Shown: piece by piece, positions 28,071 to 43,000 of the stretch
Numbering within the stretch: position 1 is the first letter of the stretch
Layout of the letters: every line of letters starts with the position of its first letter
Assembly: GCA_964057225.1 (NCBI GenBank)
Contig: OZ059899.1
Span: 18,042,001 to 18,106,000 of the forward strand
Origin: Auanema rhodensis
Lineage: Eukaryota > Animalia > Nematoda
Direction: 5' to 3'
Length of the DNA: 64,000 bases
Program-made: the position numbers and the translations under genes
The notes under the pieces: generated by a model
What the model was told of the DNA's origin: nothing
Databases searched by the model: none
The model's input: only the letters and a program-made list of their open reading frames with translations

Positions 28071-31000
28071 CCCCATGTCCATATTAGTCTAAAAACAAAT
28101 TTTTATTGATATTGGTGCATGGTAACCATGACTTTGAATTTTACGTGAACTTTAATTTATGCTAATTAAACGTACACGTGGTGTGCACTCGGTATGTAAC
28201 TCGCTTCACGTGAAAGATAAAGAGATGCGGTTTTCAAAATTAGATTCCTCATGTCCATATTAGTCTAAAAACAAATTTTTATTGATATTGGTGCATGGTA
28301 ACCATGACTTTGAAATTTACGTGAACTTTAATTTATGCTACATAAATGTACACGTGATGTGCACTTGGTATGTAACTCGCTTCACGTGAAAGATAAAAAG
28401 ATGCAGTTTTTAAAATTAGATTCCCCATGTCCATATTAGTCTAAAAACAATTTTTTACTGATATTGGTGCATGGTAACCATAACTTTGAAATTTACGTGA
28501 ACTTTAATTTATGCTTATTAAACGTACACGTGGTGTGCACTCGGTATGTAACTCGCTTCACGTGAAAGATAAAGAGATGCAGTTATTAAAATTAGATTCC
28601 CCATGTCCATATTAGTCTAAAAACAAATTTTTATTGATATTGGTGCATGGTAACCATGACTTTGAAATTTACGTGAACTTTAATTTATGCTAATTAAATG
28701 TACACGTGGTGTGCACTCGGTATGTAACTCACTTCACGTGAAAGATAAAGAGATGCAGTTATCAAAATTAGATTCCCCATGTCCATATTAGTCTAAAAAC
28801 AAATTTTTATTGATATTGGTGCATGGTAACCATGACTTTGAAATTTACGTGAACTTTAATTTATGCTACATAAATGTACACGTGATGTGCACTTGGTATG
28901 TAACTCGCTTCACGTGAAAGATAAAAAGATGCAGTTTTTAAAATTAGATTCCCCATGTCCATATTAGTCTAAAAACAATTTTTTACTGATATTGGTGCAT
29001 GGTAACCATAACTTTGAAATTTACGTGAACTTTAATTTATGCTTATTAAACGTACACGTGGTGTGCACTCGGTATGTAACTCGCTTCACGTGAAAGATAA
29101 AGAGATGCAGTTATCAAAATTAGATTCCCCATGTCCATATTAGTCTAAAAACAAATTTTTATTGATATTGGTGCATGGTAACCATGACTTTGAAATTTAC
29201 GTGAACTTTAATTTATGCTAATTAAATGTACACGTGGTGTGCACTCGGTATGTAACTCGCTTCACGTGAAAGATAAAGAGATGCAGTTATCAAAATTAGA
29301 TTCCCCATGTCCATATTAGTCTAAAAACAAATTTTTATTGATATTGGTGCATGGTAACCATGACTTTGAAATTTACGTGAACTTTAATTTATGCTACATA
29401 AATGTACACGTGATGTGCACTTGGTATGTAACTCGCTTCACGTGGAAGATAAAGAGATGCGGTTTTCAAAATTAGATTCCCCATGTCCATATTAGTCTAA
29501 AAACAAATTTTTTTTGATATTGGTGCATGGTAACCATGATTTTGAAATTTACGTGAACTTTAATTCATGCTAATTAAATGTACACGTGGTGTGCACTCGG
29601 TATGTAACTCGCTTCACGTGTAAGATAAAGAGATGCGGTTTTCAAAATTAGATTCCCCATGTCCATATTAGTCTAAAAACAAATTTTTATTGATATTGGT
29701 GCATGGTAACCATGATTTTGAAATTTACGTGAACTTTAATTCATGCTAATTAAATGTACACGTGGTGTGGACTCGGTATGTAACTCGCTTCACGTGAAAG
29801 ATAAAGAGATGCAGTTATCAAAATTAGATTCCCCATGTCTATATTAGTCTAAAAACAATTTTTTACTGATATTGGTGCATGGTAACCATGATTTTGAAAT
29901 TTACGTGAACTTTAATTTATGCTAATTAAACGTACACGTGATGTGCACTTGGTATGTAACTCGCTTCACGTGAAAGATAAAGAGATGCGGTTTTTAAAAT
30001 TAGATTCCCCATGTCCATATTAGTCTAAAAACAATTTTTTACTGATATTGGTGCATGGTAACCATGATTTTGAAATTTACGTGAACTTTAATTTATGCTA
30101 ATTAAACGTACACGTGATGTGCACTTGGTATGTAACTCGCTTCACGTGAAAGATAAAGAGATGCGGTTTTTAAAATTAGATTCCCCATTTCCATATTAGT
30201 CTAAAAACAAATTTTTATTGATATTGGTGCATGGTAACCATGACTTTGAAATTTACGTGAACTTTAATTTATGCTAATTAAACGTACACGTGGTGTGCAC
30301 TCGGTATGTAACTCGCTTCACGTGTAAGATAAAGAGATGCGGTTTTCAAAATTAGATTCCCCATGTCCATATTAGTCTAAAAACAAATTTTTATTGATAT
30401 TGGTGCATGGTAACCATGACTTTGAATTTTACGTGAACTTTAATTTATGCTAATTAAACGTACACGTGGTGTGCACTCGGTATGTAACTCGCTTCACGTG
30501 AAAGATAAAGAGATGCGGTTTTCAAAATTAGATTCCTCATGTCCATATTAGTCTAAAAACAAATTTTTATTGATATTGGTGCATGGTAACCATGACTTTG
30601 AAATTTACGTGAACTTTAATTTATGCTACATAAATGTACACGTGATGTGCACTTGGTATGTAACTCGCTTCACGTGAAAGATAAAAAGATGCAGTTTTTA
30701 AAATTAGATTCCCCATGTCCATATTAGTCTAAAAACAATTTTTTACTGATATTGGTGCATGGTAACCATAACTTTGAAATTTACGTGAACTTTAATTTAT
30801 GCTTATTAAACGTACACGTGGTGTGCACTCGGTATGTAACTCGCTTCACGTGAAAGATAAAGAGATGCAGTTATTAAAATTAGATTCCCCATGTCCATAT
30901 TAGTCTAAAAACAAATTTTTATTGATATTGGTGCATGGTAACCATGACTTTGAAATTTACGTGAACTTTAATTTATGCTAATTAAATGTACACGTGGTGT

Positions 31001-34000
31001 GCACTCGGTATGTAACTCACTTCACGTGAAAGATAAAGAGATGCAGTTATCAAAATTAGATTCCCCATGTCCATATTAGTCTAAAAACAAATTTTTATTG
31101 ATATTGGTGCATGGTAACCATGACTTTGAAATTTACGTGAACTTTAATTTATGCTACATAAATGTACACGTGATGTGCACTTGGTATGTAACTCGCTTCA
31201 CGTGAAAGATAAAAAGATGCAGTTTTTAAAATTAGATTCCCCATGTCCATATTAGTCTAAAAACAATTTTTTACTGATATTGGTGCATGGTAACCATAAC
31301 TTTGAAATTTACGTGAACTTTAATTTATGCTTATTAAACGTACACGTGGTGTGCACTCGGTATGTAACTCGCTTCACGTGAAAGATAAAGAGATGCAGTT
31401 ATCAAAATTAGATTCCCCATGTCCATATTAGTCTAAAAACAAATTTTTATTGATATTGGTGCATGGTAACCATGACTTTGAAATTTACGTGAACTTTAAT
31501 TTATGCTAATTAAATGTACACGTGGTGTGCACTCGGTATGTAACTCGCTTCACGTGAAAGATAAAGAGATGCAGTTATCAAAATTAGATTCCCCATGTCC
31601 ATATTAGTCTAAAAACAAATTTTTATTGATATTGGTGCATGGTAACCATGACTTTGAAATTTACGTGAACTTTAATTTATGCTACATAAATGTACACGTG
31701 ATGTGCACTTGGTATGTAACTCGCTTCACGTGGAAGATAAAGAGATGCGGTTTTCAAAATTAGATTCCCCATGTCCATATTAGTCTAAAAACAAATTTTT
31801 TTTGATATTGGTGCATGGTAACCATGACTTTGAAATTTACGTGAACTTTAATTTATGCTAATTAAACGTACACGTGTTGTGCACTCGGTATGTAACTCGC
31901 TTCACGTGGAAGATAAAGAGATGCGGTTTTCAAAATTAGATTCCCCATGTCCATATTAGTCTAAAAACAATTTTTTACTGATATTGGTGCATGGTAACCA
32001 TGATTTTGAAATTTACGTGAACTTTAATTTATGGTAATTAAACGTACACGTGATGTGCACTTGGTATGTAACTTGCTTCACGTGAAAGATAAAGAGATGC
32101 GGTTTTTAAAATTAGATTCCCCATGTCCATATTAGTCTAAAAACAATTTTTTACTGATATTGGTGCATGGTAACCATGATTTTGAAATTTACGTGAACTT
32201 TAATTTATGCTAATTAAACGTACACGTGGTGTGCACTCGGTATGTAACTCGCTTCACGTGAAAGATAAAGAGATGCGGTTTTCAAAATTAGATTCCTCAT
32301 GTCCATATTAGTCTAAAAACAAATTTTTTTTGATATTGGTGTATGGTAACCATGATTTTGAAATTTACGTGAACTTTAATTTATGCTAATTAAATGTACA
32401 CGTGGTGTGCACTCGGTATGTAACTCGCTTCACGTGAAAGATAAAGAAATGCGGTTTTCAAAATTAGATTCCCCATGTCCATATTAGTCTAAAAACAAAT
32501 TTTTATTGATATTGGTGCATGGTAACCATGACTTTGAATTTTACGTGAACTTTAATTTATGCTAATTAAACGTACACGTGGTGTGCACTCGGTATGTAAC
32601 TCGCTTCACGTGAAAGATAAAGAGATGCGGTTTTCAAAATTAGATTCCCCATGTCCATATTAGTCTAAAAACAAATTTTTATTGATATTGGTGCATGGTA
32701 ACCATGACTTTGAAATTTACGTGAACTTTAATTTATGCTACATAAATCTACACGTGATGTGCAATTGGTATGTAACTCGCTTCACGTGAAAGATAAAAAG
32801 ATGCGGTTTTTAAAATTAGATTCCCCATGTCCATATTAGTCTAAAAACAATTTTTTACTGATATTGGTGCATGGTAACCATGACTTTGAAATTTACGTGA
32901 ACTTTAATTTATGCTAATTAAACGTACACGTGGTATGCACTCGGTATGTAACTCGCTTCACGTGTAAGATAAAGAGATGCGGTTTTCGAAATTAGATTCC
33001 CCATGTCCATATTAGTCTAAAAACAAATTTTTATTGATATTGGTGCATGGTAACCATGACTTTGAAATTTACGTGAACTTTAATTTATGCTACATAAATC
33101 TACACGTGATGTGCAATTGGTATGTAACTCGCTTCACGTGAAAGATAAAAAGATGCGGTTTTTAAAATTAGATTCCCCATGTCCATATTAGTCTAAAAAC
33201 AATTTTTTACTGATATTGGTGCATGGTAACCATGACTTTGAAATTTACGTGAACTTTAATTTTTGCTAATTAAACGTACACGTGGTATGCACTCGGTATG
33301 TAACTCGCTTCACGTGTAAGATAAAGAGATGCGGTTTTCGAAATTAGATTCCCCATGTCCATATTAGTCTAAAAACAAATTTTTATTGATATTGGTGCAT
33401 GGTAACCATGATTTTGAAATTTACGTGAACTTTAATTTATGCTAATTAAACGTACACGTGATGTGCACTTGGTATGTAACTCGCTTCACGTGAAAGATAA
33501 AGAGATGCGGTTTTTAAAATTAGATTCCCCATGTCCATATTAGTCTAAAAACAATTTTTTACTGATATTGGTGCATGGTAACCATGATTTTGAAATTTAC
33601 GTGAACTTTAATTTATGCTAATTAAACGTACACGTGGTGTGCACTCGGTATGTAACTCGCTTCACGTGAAAGATAAAGAGATGCGGTTCTCAAAATTAGA
33701 TTCCCCATGTCCATATTAGTCTAAAAACAAATTTTTATTGATATTGGTGCATGGTAACCATGACTTTGAAATTTACGTGAACTTTAATTTATGCTAATTA
33801 AACGTACACGTGGTGTGCACTCGGTATGTAACTCGCTTCACGTGAAAGATAAAGAGATGCGGTTTTCAAAATTAGATTCCCCATGTCCATATTAGTCTAA
33901 AAACAAATTTTTATTGATATTGGTGCATGGTAACCATGACTTTGAAATTTACGTGAACTTTAATTTATGCTAATTAAACGTACACGTGGTGTGCACTCGG

Positions 34001-37000
34001 TATGTAACTCGCTTCACGTGAAAGATAAAGAGATGCGGTTTTCAAAATTAGATTCCCCATGTCCATATTAGTCTAAAAACAAATTTTTTTTTATATTGGT
34101 GCATGGTAACCATGATTTTGAAATTTACGTGAACTTTAATTTATGCTAATTAAATGTACACGTGGTGTGCACTTGGTATGTAACTCGCTTCACGTGAAAG
34201 ATAAAGAGATGCGGTTTTCAAAATTAGATTCCCCATGTCCATATTAGTCTAAAAACAAATTTTTATTGATATTGGTGCATGGTAACCATGACTTTGAAAT
34301 TTACGTGAACTTTAATTTATGCTAATTAAACGTACACGTGGTGTGCACTCGGTATGTAACTCGCTTCACGTGTAAGATAAAGAGATGCGGTTTTCAAAAT
34401 TAGATTCCCCATGTCCATATTAGTCTAAAAACAAATTTTTATTGATATTGGTGCATGGTAACCATGACTTTGAAATTTACGTGAACTTTAATTTATGCTA
34501 ATTAAACGTACACGTGGTGTGCACTCGGTATGTAACTCGCTTCACGTGTAAGATAAAGAGATGCGGTTTTCGAAATTAGATTCCCCATGTCCATATTAGT
34601 CTAAAAACAAATTTTTATTGATATTGGTGCATGGTAACCATGATTTTGAAATTTACGTGAACTTTAATTTATGCTAATTAAACGTACACGTGATGTGCAC
34701 TTGGTATGTAACTCGCTTCACGTGAAAGATAAAGAGATGCGGTTTTTAAAATTAGATTCCCCATGTCCATATTAGTCTAAAAACAATTTTTTACTGATAT
34801 TGGTGCATGGTAACCATGATTTTGAAATTTACGTGAACTTTAATTTATGCTAATTAAACGTACACGTGGTGTGCACTCGGTATGTAACTCGCTTCACGTG
34901 AAAGATAAAGAGATGCGGTTCTCAAAATTAGATTCCCCATGTCCATATTAGTCTAAAAACAAATTTTTATTGATATTGGTGCATGGTAACCATGACTTTG
35001 AAATTTACGTGAACTTTAATTTATGCTAATTAAACGTACACGTGGTGTGCACTCGGTATGTAACTCGCTTCACGTGAAAGATAAAGAGATGCGGTTTTCA
35101 AAATTAGATTCCCCATGTCCATATTAGTCTAAAAACAAATTTTTATTGATATTGGTGCATGGTAACCATGACTTTGAAATTTACGTGAACTTTAATTTAT
35201 GCTAATTAAACGTACACGTGGTGTGCACTCGGTATGTAACTCGCTTCACGTGAAAGATAAAGAGATGCGGTTTTCAAAATTAGATTCCCCATGTCCATAT
35301 TAGTCTAAAAACAAATTTTTTTTTATATTGGTGCATGGTAACCATGATTTTGAAATTTACGTGAACTTTAATTTATGCTAATTAAATGTACACGTGGTGT
35401 GCACTTGGTATGTAACTCGCTTCACGTGAAAGATAAAGAGATGCGGTTTTCAAAATTAGATTCCCCATGTCCATATTAGTCTAAAAACAAATTTTTATTG
35501 ATATTGGTGCATGGTAACCATGACTTTGAAATTTACGTGAACTTTAATTTATGCTAATTAAACGTACACGTGGTGTGCACTCGGTATGTAACTCGCTTCA
35601 CGTGTAAGATAAAGAGATGCGGTTTTCAAAATTAGATTCCCCATGTCCATATTAGTCTAAAAACAAATTTTTATTGATATTGGTGCATGGTAACCATGAC
35701 TTTGAAATTTACGTGAACTTTAATTTATGCTAATTAAACGTACACGTGGTGTGCACTCGGTATGTAACTCGCTTCACGTGTAAGATAAAGAGATGCGGTT
35801 TTCGAAATTAGATTCCCCATGTCCATATTAGTCTAAAAACAAATTTTTATTGATATTGGTGCATGGTAACCATGATTTTGAAATTTACGTGAACTTTAAT
35901 TCATGCTAATTAAATGTACACGTGGTGTGCACTCGGTATGTAACTCGCTTCACGTGAAAAATGAAGAGATGCAGTTATCAAAATTAGATTCTCCATGTCC
36001 ATATTAGTCTAAAAACAATTTTTTACTGATATTGGTGCATGGTAACCATGATTTTGAAATTTACGTGAACTTTAATTTATGCTAATTAAACGTACACGTG
36101 ATGTGCACTTGGTATGTAACTCGCTTCACGTGAAAGATAAAGAGATGCGGTTTTTAAATATAGATTCCCCATGTCCATATTAGTCTAAAAACAATTTTTT
36201 ACTGATATTGGTGCATGGTAACCATGATTTTGAAATTTACGTGAACTTTAATTTATGCTAATTAAACGTACACGTGGTGTGCACTCGGTATGTAACTCGC
36301 TTCACGTGAAAGATAAAGAGATGCGGTTTTCAAAATTAGATTCCCCATGTCCATATTAGTCTAAAAACAAATTTTTATTGATATTGGTGCATGGTAACCA
36401 TGACTTTGAAATTTACGTGAACTTTAATTTATGCTACATAAATCTACACGTGATGTGCAATTGGTATGTAACTCGCTTCACGTGAAAGATAAAAAGATGC
36501 GGTTTTTAAAATTAGATTCCCCATGTCCATATTAGTCTAAAAACAATTTTTTACTGATATTGGTGCATGGTAACCATGACTTTGAAATTTACGTGAACTT
36601 TAATTTATGCTAATTAAACGTACACGTGGTATGCACTCGGTATGTAACTCGCTTCACGTGTAAGATAAAGAGATGCGGTTTTCGAAATTAGATTCCCCAT
36701 GTCCATATTAGTCTAAAAACAAATTTTTATTGATATTGGTGCATGGTAACCATGATTTTGAAATTTACGTGAACTTTAATTCATGCTAATTAAATGTACA
36801 CGTGGTGTGCACTCGGTATGTAACTCGCTTCACGTGAAAGATAAAGAGATGCAGTTATCAAAATTAGATTCCCCATGTCCATATTAGTCTAAAAACAATT
36901 TTTTACTGATATTGGTGCATGGTAACCATGATTTTGAAATTTACGTGAACTTTAATTTATGCTAATTAAACGTACACGTGATGTGCACTTGGTATGTAAC

Positions 37001-40000
37001 TCGCTTCACGTGAAAGATAAAGAGATGCGGTTTTTAAAATTAGATTCCCCATGTCCATATTAGTCTAAAAACAATTTTTTACTGATATTGGTGCATGGTA
37101 ACCATGATTTTGAAATTTACGTGAACTTTAATTTATGCTAATTAAACGTACACGTGGTGTGCACTCGGTATGTAACTCGCTTCACGTGAAAGATAAAGAG
37201 ATGCGGTTCTCAAAATTAGATTCCCCATGTCCATATTAGTCTAAAAACAAATTTTTATTGATATTGGTGCATGGTAACCATGACTTTGAAATTTACGTGA
37301 ACTTTAATTTATGCTAATTAAACGTACACGTGGTGTGCACTCGGTATGTAACTCGCTTCACGTGAAAGATAAAGAGATGCGGTTTTCAAAATTAGATTCC
37401 CCATGTCCATATTAGTCTAAAAACAAATTTTTATTGATATTGGTGCATGGTAACCATGACTTTGAAATTTACGTGAACTTTAATTTATGCTAATTAAACG
37501 TACACGTGGTGTGCACTCGGTATGTAACTCGCTTCACGTGAAAGATAAAGAGATGCGGTTTTCAAAATTAGATTCCCCATGTCCATATTAGTCTAAAAAC
37601 AAATTTTTTTTGATATTGGTGCATGGTAACCATGATTTTGAAATTTACGTGAACTTTAATTTATGCTAATTAAATGTACACGTGGTGTGCACTTGGTATG
37701 TAACTCGCTTCACGTGAAAGATAAAGAGATGCGGTTTTCAAAATTAGATTCCCCATGTCCATATTAGTCTAAAAACAAATTTTTATTGATATTGGTGCAT
37801 GGTAACCATGACTTTGAAATTTACGTGAACTTTAATTTATGCTAATTAAACGTACACGTGGTGTGCACTCGGTACGTAACTCGCTTCACGTGTAAGATAA
37901 AGAGATGCGGTTTTCAAAATTAGATTCCCCATGTCCATATTAGTCTAAAAACAAATTTTTATTGATATTGGTGCATGGTAACCATGACTTTGAAATTTAC
38001 GTGAACTTTAATTTATGCTAATTAAACGTACACGTGGTGTGCACTCGGTATGTAACTTGCTTCACGTGTAAGATAAAGCGATGCGGTTTTCGAAATTAGA
38101 TTCCCCATGTCCATATTAGTCTAAAAACAAATTTTTATTGATATTGGTGCATGGTAACCATGATTTTGAAATTTACGTGAACTTTAATTCATGCTAATTA
38201 AATGTACACGTGGTGTGCACTCGGTATGTAACTCGCTTCACGTGAAAGATAAAGAGATGCAGTTATCAAAATTAGATTCTCCATGTCCATATTAGTCTAA
38301 AAACAATTTTTTACTGATATTGGTGCATGGTAACCATGATTTTGAAATTTACGTGAACTTTAATTTATGCTAATTAAACGTACACGTGATGTGCACTTGG
38401 TATGTAACTCGCTTCACGTGAAAGATAAAGAGATGCGGTTTTTAAAATTAGATTCCCCATGTCCATATTAGTCTAAAAACAATTTTTTACTGTTATTGGT
38501 GCATGGTAACCATGATTTTGAAATTTACGTGAACTTTAATTTATGCTAATTAAACGTACACGTGGTGTGCACTTGGTATGTAACTCGCTTCACGTGAAAG
38601 ATAAAGAGATGCGGTTTTTAAAATTAGATTCCCCATGTCCATATTAGTCTAAAAACAAATTTTTATTGATATTGGTGCATGGTAACCATGACTTTGAAAT
38701 TTACGTGAACTTTAATTTATGCTAATTAAACGTACACGTGGTGTGCACTCGGTATGTAACTCGCTTCACGTGAAAGATAAAGAGATGCGGTTTTCAAAAT
38801 TAGATTCCCCATGTCCATATTAGTCTAAAAACAAATTTTTTTTGATATTGGTGCATGGTAACCATGATTTTGAAATTTACGTGAACTTTAATTTATGCTA
38901 ATTAAATGTACACGTGGTGTGCACTTGGTATGTAACTCGCTTCACGTGAAAGATAAAAAGATGCAGTTTTCAAAATTAGATTCCCCATGTCCATATTAGT
39001 CTAAAAACAAATTTTTATTGATATTGGTGCATGGTAACCATGACTTTGAAATTTACGTGAACTTTAATTTATGCTAATTAAACGTACACGTGGTGTGCAC
39101 TCGGTATGTAACTCGCTTCACGTGTAAGATAAAGAGATGCGGTTTTCAAAATTAGATTCCCCATGTCCATATTAGTCTAAAAACAAATTTTTATTGATAT
39201 TGGTGCATGGTAACCATGACTTTGAAATTTACGTGAACTTTAATTTATGCTAATTAAACGTACACGTGGTGTGCACTCGGTATGTAACTTGCTTCACGTG
39301 TAAGATAAAGAGATGCGGTTTTCGAAATTAGATTCCCCATGTCCATATTAGTCTAAAAACAAATTTTTATTGATATTGGTGCATGGTAACCATGATTTTG
39401 AAATTTACGTGAACTTTAATTCATGCTAATTAAATGTACACGTGGTGTGCACTCGGTATGTAACTCGCTTCACGTGAAAGATAAAGAGATGCAGTTATCA
39501 AAATTAGATTCTCCATGTCCATATTAGTCTAAAAACAATTTTTTACTGATATTGGTGCATGGTAACCATGATTTTGAAATTTACGTGAACTTTAATTTAT
39601 GCTAATTAAACGTACACGTGATGTGCACTTGGTATGTAACTCGCTTCACGTGAAAGATAAAGAGATGCGGTTTTTAAAATTAGATTCCCCATGTCCATAT
39701 TAGTCTAAAAACAATTTTTTACTGATATTGGTGCATGGTAACCATGATTTTGAAATTTACGTGAACTTTAATTTATGCTAATTAAACGTACACGTGGTGT
39801 GCACTTGGTATGTAACTCGCTTCACGTGAAAGATAAAGAGATGCGGTTTTTAAAATTAGATTCCCCATGTCCATATTAGTCTAAAAACAAATTTTTATTG
39901 ATATTGGTGCATGGTAACCATGACTTTGAAATTTACGTGAACTTTAATTTATGCTAATTAAACGTACACGTGGTGTGCACTCGGTATGTAACTCGCTTCA

Positions 40001-43000
40001 CGTGAAAGATAAAGAGATGCGGTTTTCAAAATTAGATTCCCCATGTCCATATTAGTCTAAAAACAAATTTTTTTTGATATTGGTGCATGGTAACCATGAT
40101 TTTGAAATTTACGTGAACTTTAATTTATGCTAATTAAATGTACACGTGGTGTGCACTTGGTATGTAACTCGCTTCACGTGAAAGATAAAAAGATGCAGTT
40201 TTTAAAATTAGATTCCCCATGTCCATATTAGTCTAAAAACAATTTTTTACTGATATTGGTGCATGGTAACCATGATTTTGAAATTTACGTGAACTTTAAT
40301 TTATGCTAATCAAACGTACACGTGGTGTGCTCTCGGTATGTAACTCGCTTCACGTGAAAGATAAAGAGATGCGGTTTTCAAAATTAGATTCCCCATGTCC
40401 ATATTAGTCTAAAAACAAATTTTTATTGATATTGGTGCATGGTAACCATGACTTTGAAATTTACGTGAACTTTAATTTATGCTAATTAAACGTACACGTG
40501 GTGTGCACTCGGTATGTAACTCGCTTCACGTGAAAGATAAAGAGATGCGGTTTTCAAAATTAGATTCCCCATGTCCATATTAGTCTAAAAACAAATTTTT
40601 TTTGATATTGGTGCATGGTAACCATGATTTTGAAATTTACGTGAACTTTAATTTATGCTAATTAAATGTACACGTGGTGTGCACTTGGTATGTAACTCGC
40701 TTCACGTGAAAGATAAAGAGATGCGGTTTTCAAAATTAGATTCCCCATGTCCATATTAGTCTAAAAACAAATTTTTATTGATATTGGTGCATGGTAACCA
40801 TGACTTTGAAATTTACGTCAACTTTAATTTATGCTAATTAAATGTACACGTGATGTGCACTCGGTATGTAACTCGCTTCACGTGAAAGATAAAAAGATGC
40901 AGTTTTTAAAATTAGATTCCCCATGTCCATATTAGTCTAAAAACAATTTTTTACTGATATTGGTGCATGGTAACCATGACTTTGAAATTTACGTGAACTT
41001 TAATTTATGCTAATTAAACGTACACGTGGTATGCACTCGGTATGTAACTCGCTTCACGTGTAAGATAAAGAGATGCGGTTTTCGAAATTAGATTCCCCAT
41101 GTCCATATTAGTCTAAAAACAAATTTTTATTGATATTGGTGCATGGTAACCATGATTTTGAAATTTACGTGAACTTTAATTCATGCTAATTAAATGTACA
41201 CGTGGTGTGCACTCGGTATGTAACTCGCTTCACGTGAAAGATAAAGAGATGCAGTTATCAAAATTAGATTCCCCATGTCCATATTAGTCTAAAAACAATT
41301 TTTTACTGATATTGGTGCATGGTAACCATGATTTTGAAATTTACGTGAACTTTAATTTATGCTAATTAAACGTACACGTGGTGTGCACTCGGTATGTAAC
41401 TCGCTTCACGTGAAAGATAAAGAGATGCGGTTTTCAAAATTAGATTCCCCATGTCCATATTAGTCTAAAAACAAATTTTTTTTGATATTGGTGCATGGTA
41501 ACCATGATTTTGAAATTTACGTGAACTTTAATTTATGCTAATTAAATGTACACGTGGTGTGCACTTGGTATGTAACTCGCTTCACGTGAAAGATAAAGAG
41601 ATGCGGTTTTCAAAATTAGATTCCCCATGTCCATATTAGTCTAAAAACAAATTTTTATTGATATTGGTGCATGGTAACCATGACTTTGAAATTTACGTGA
41701 ACTTTAATTTATGCTAATTAAATGTACACGTGATGTGCACTCGGTATGTAACTCGCTTCACGTGAAAGATAAAAAGATGCAGTTTTTAAAATTAGATTCC
41801 CCATGTCCATATTAGTCTAAAAACAATTTTTTACTGATATTGGTGCATGGTAACCATGACTTTGAAATTTACGTGAACTTTAATTTATGCTACATAAATC
41901 TACACGTGATGTGCACTTGGTATGTAACTCGCTTCACGTGTAAGATAAAGAGATGCAGTTTTCGAAATTAGATTCCCCATGTCCATATTAGTCTAAAAAC
42001 AAATTTTTATTGATATTGGTGCATGGTAACCATGATTTTGAAATTTACGTGAACTTTAATTCATGCTAATTAAATGTACACGTGGTGTGCACTCGGTATG
42101 TAACTCGCTTCACGTGAAAGATAAAGAGATGCAGTTATCAAAATTAGATTCCCCATGTCCATATTAGTCTAAAAACAATTTTTTACTGATATTGGTGCAT
42201 GGTAACCATGATTTTGAAATTTACGTGAACTTTAATTTATGCTAATTAAACGTACACGTGATGTGCACTTGGTATGTAACTCGCTTCACGTGAAAGATAA
42301 AGAGATGCGGTTTTTAAAATTAGATTCCCCATGTCCATATTAGTCTAAAAACAATTTTTTACTGATATTGGTGCATGGTAACCATGATTTTGAAATTTAC
42401 GTGAACTTTAATTTATGCTAATTAAACGTACACGTGGTGTGCACTCGGTATGTAACTCGCTTCACGTGAAAGATAAAGAGATGCGGTTCTCAAAATTAGA
42501 TTCCCCATGTCCATATTAGTCTAAAAACAAATTTTTATTGATATTGGTGCATGGTAACCATGACTTTGAAATTTACGTGAACTTTAATTTATGCTAATTA
42601 AACGTACACGTGGTGTGCACTCGGTATGTAACTCGCTTCACGTGAAAGATAAAGAGATGCGGTTTTCAAAATTAGATTCCCCATGTCCATATTAGTCTAA
42701 AAACAAATTTTTATTGATATTGGTGCATGGTAACCATGACTTTGAAATTTACGTGAACTTTAATTTATGCTAATTAAACGTACACGTGGTGTGCACTCGG
42801 TATGTAACTCGCTTCACGTGAAAGATAAAGAGATGCGGTTTTCAAAATTAGATTCCCCATGTCCATATTAGTCTAAAAACAAATTTTTATTGATATTGGT
42901 GCATGGTAACCATGACTTTGAATTTTACGTGAACTTTAATTTATGCTAATTAAACGTATACGTGGTGTGCACTCGGTATGTAACTCGCTTCACGTGAAAG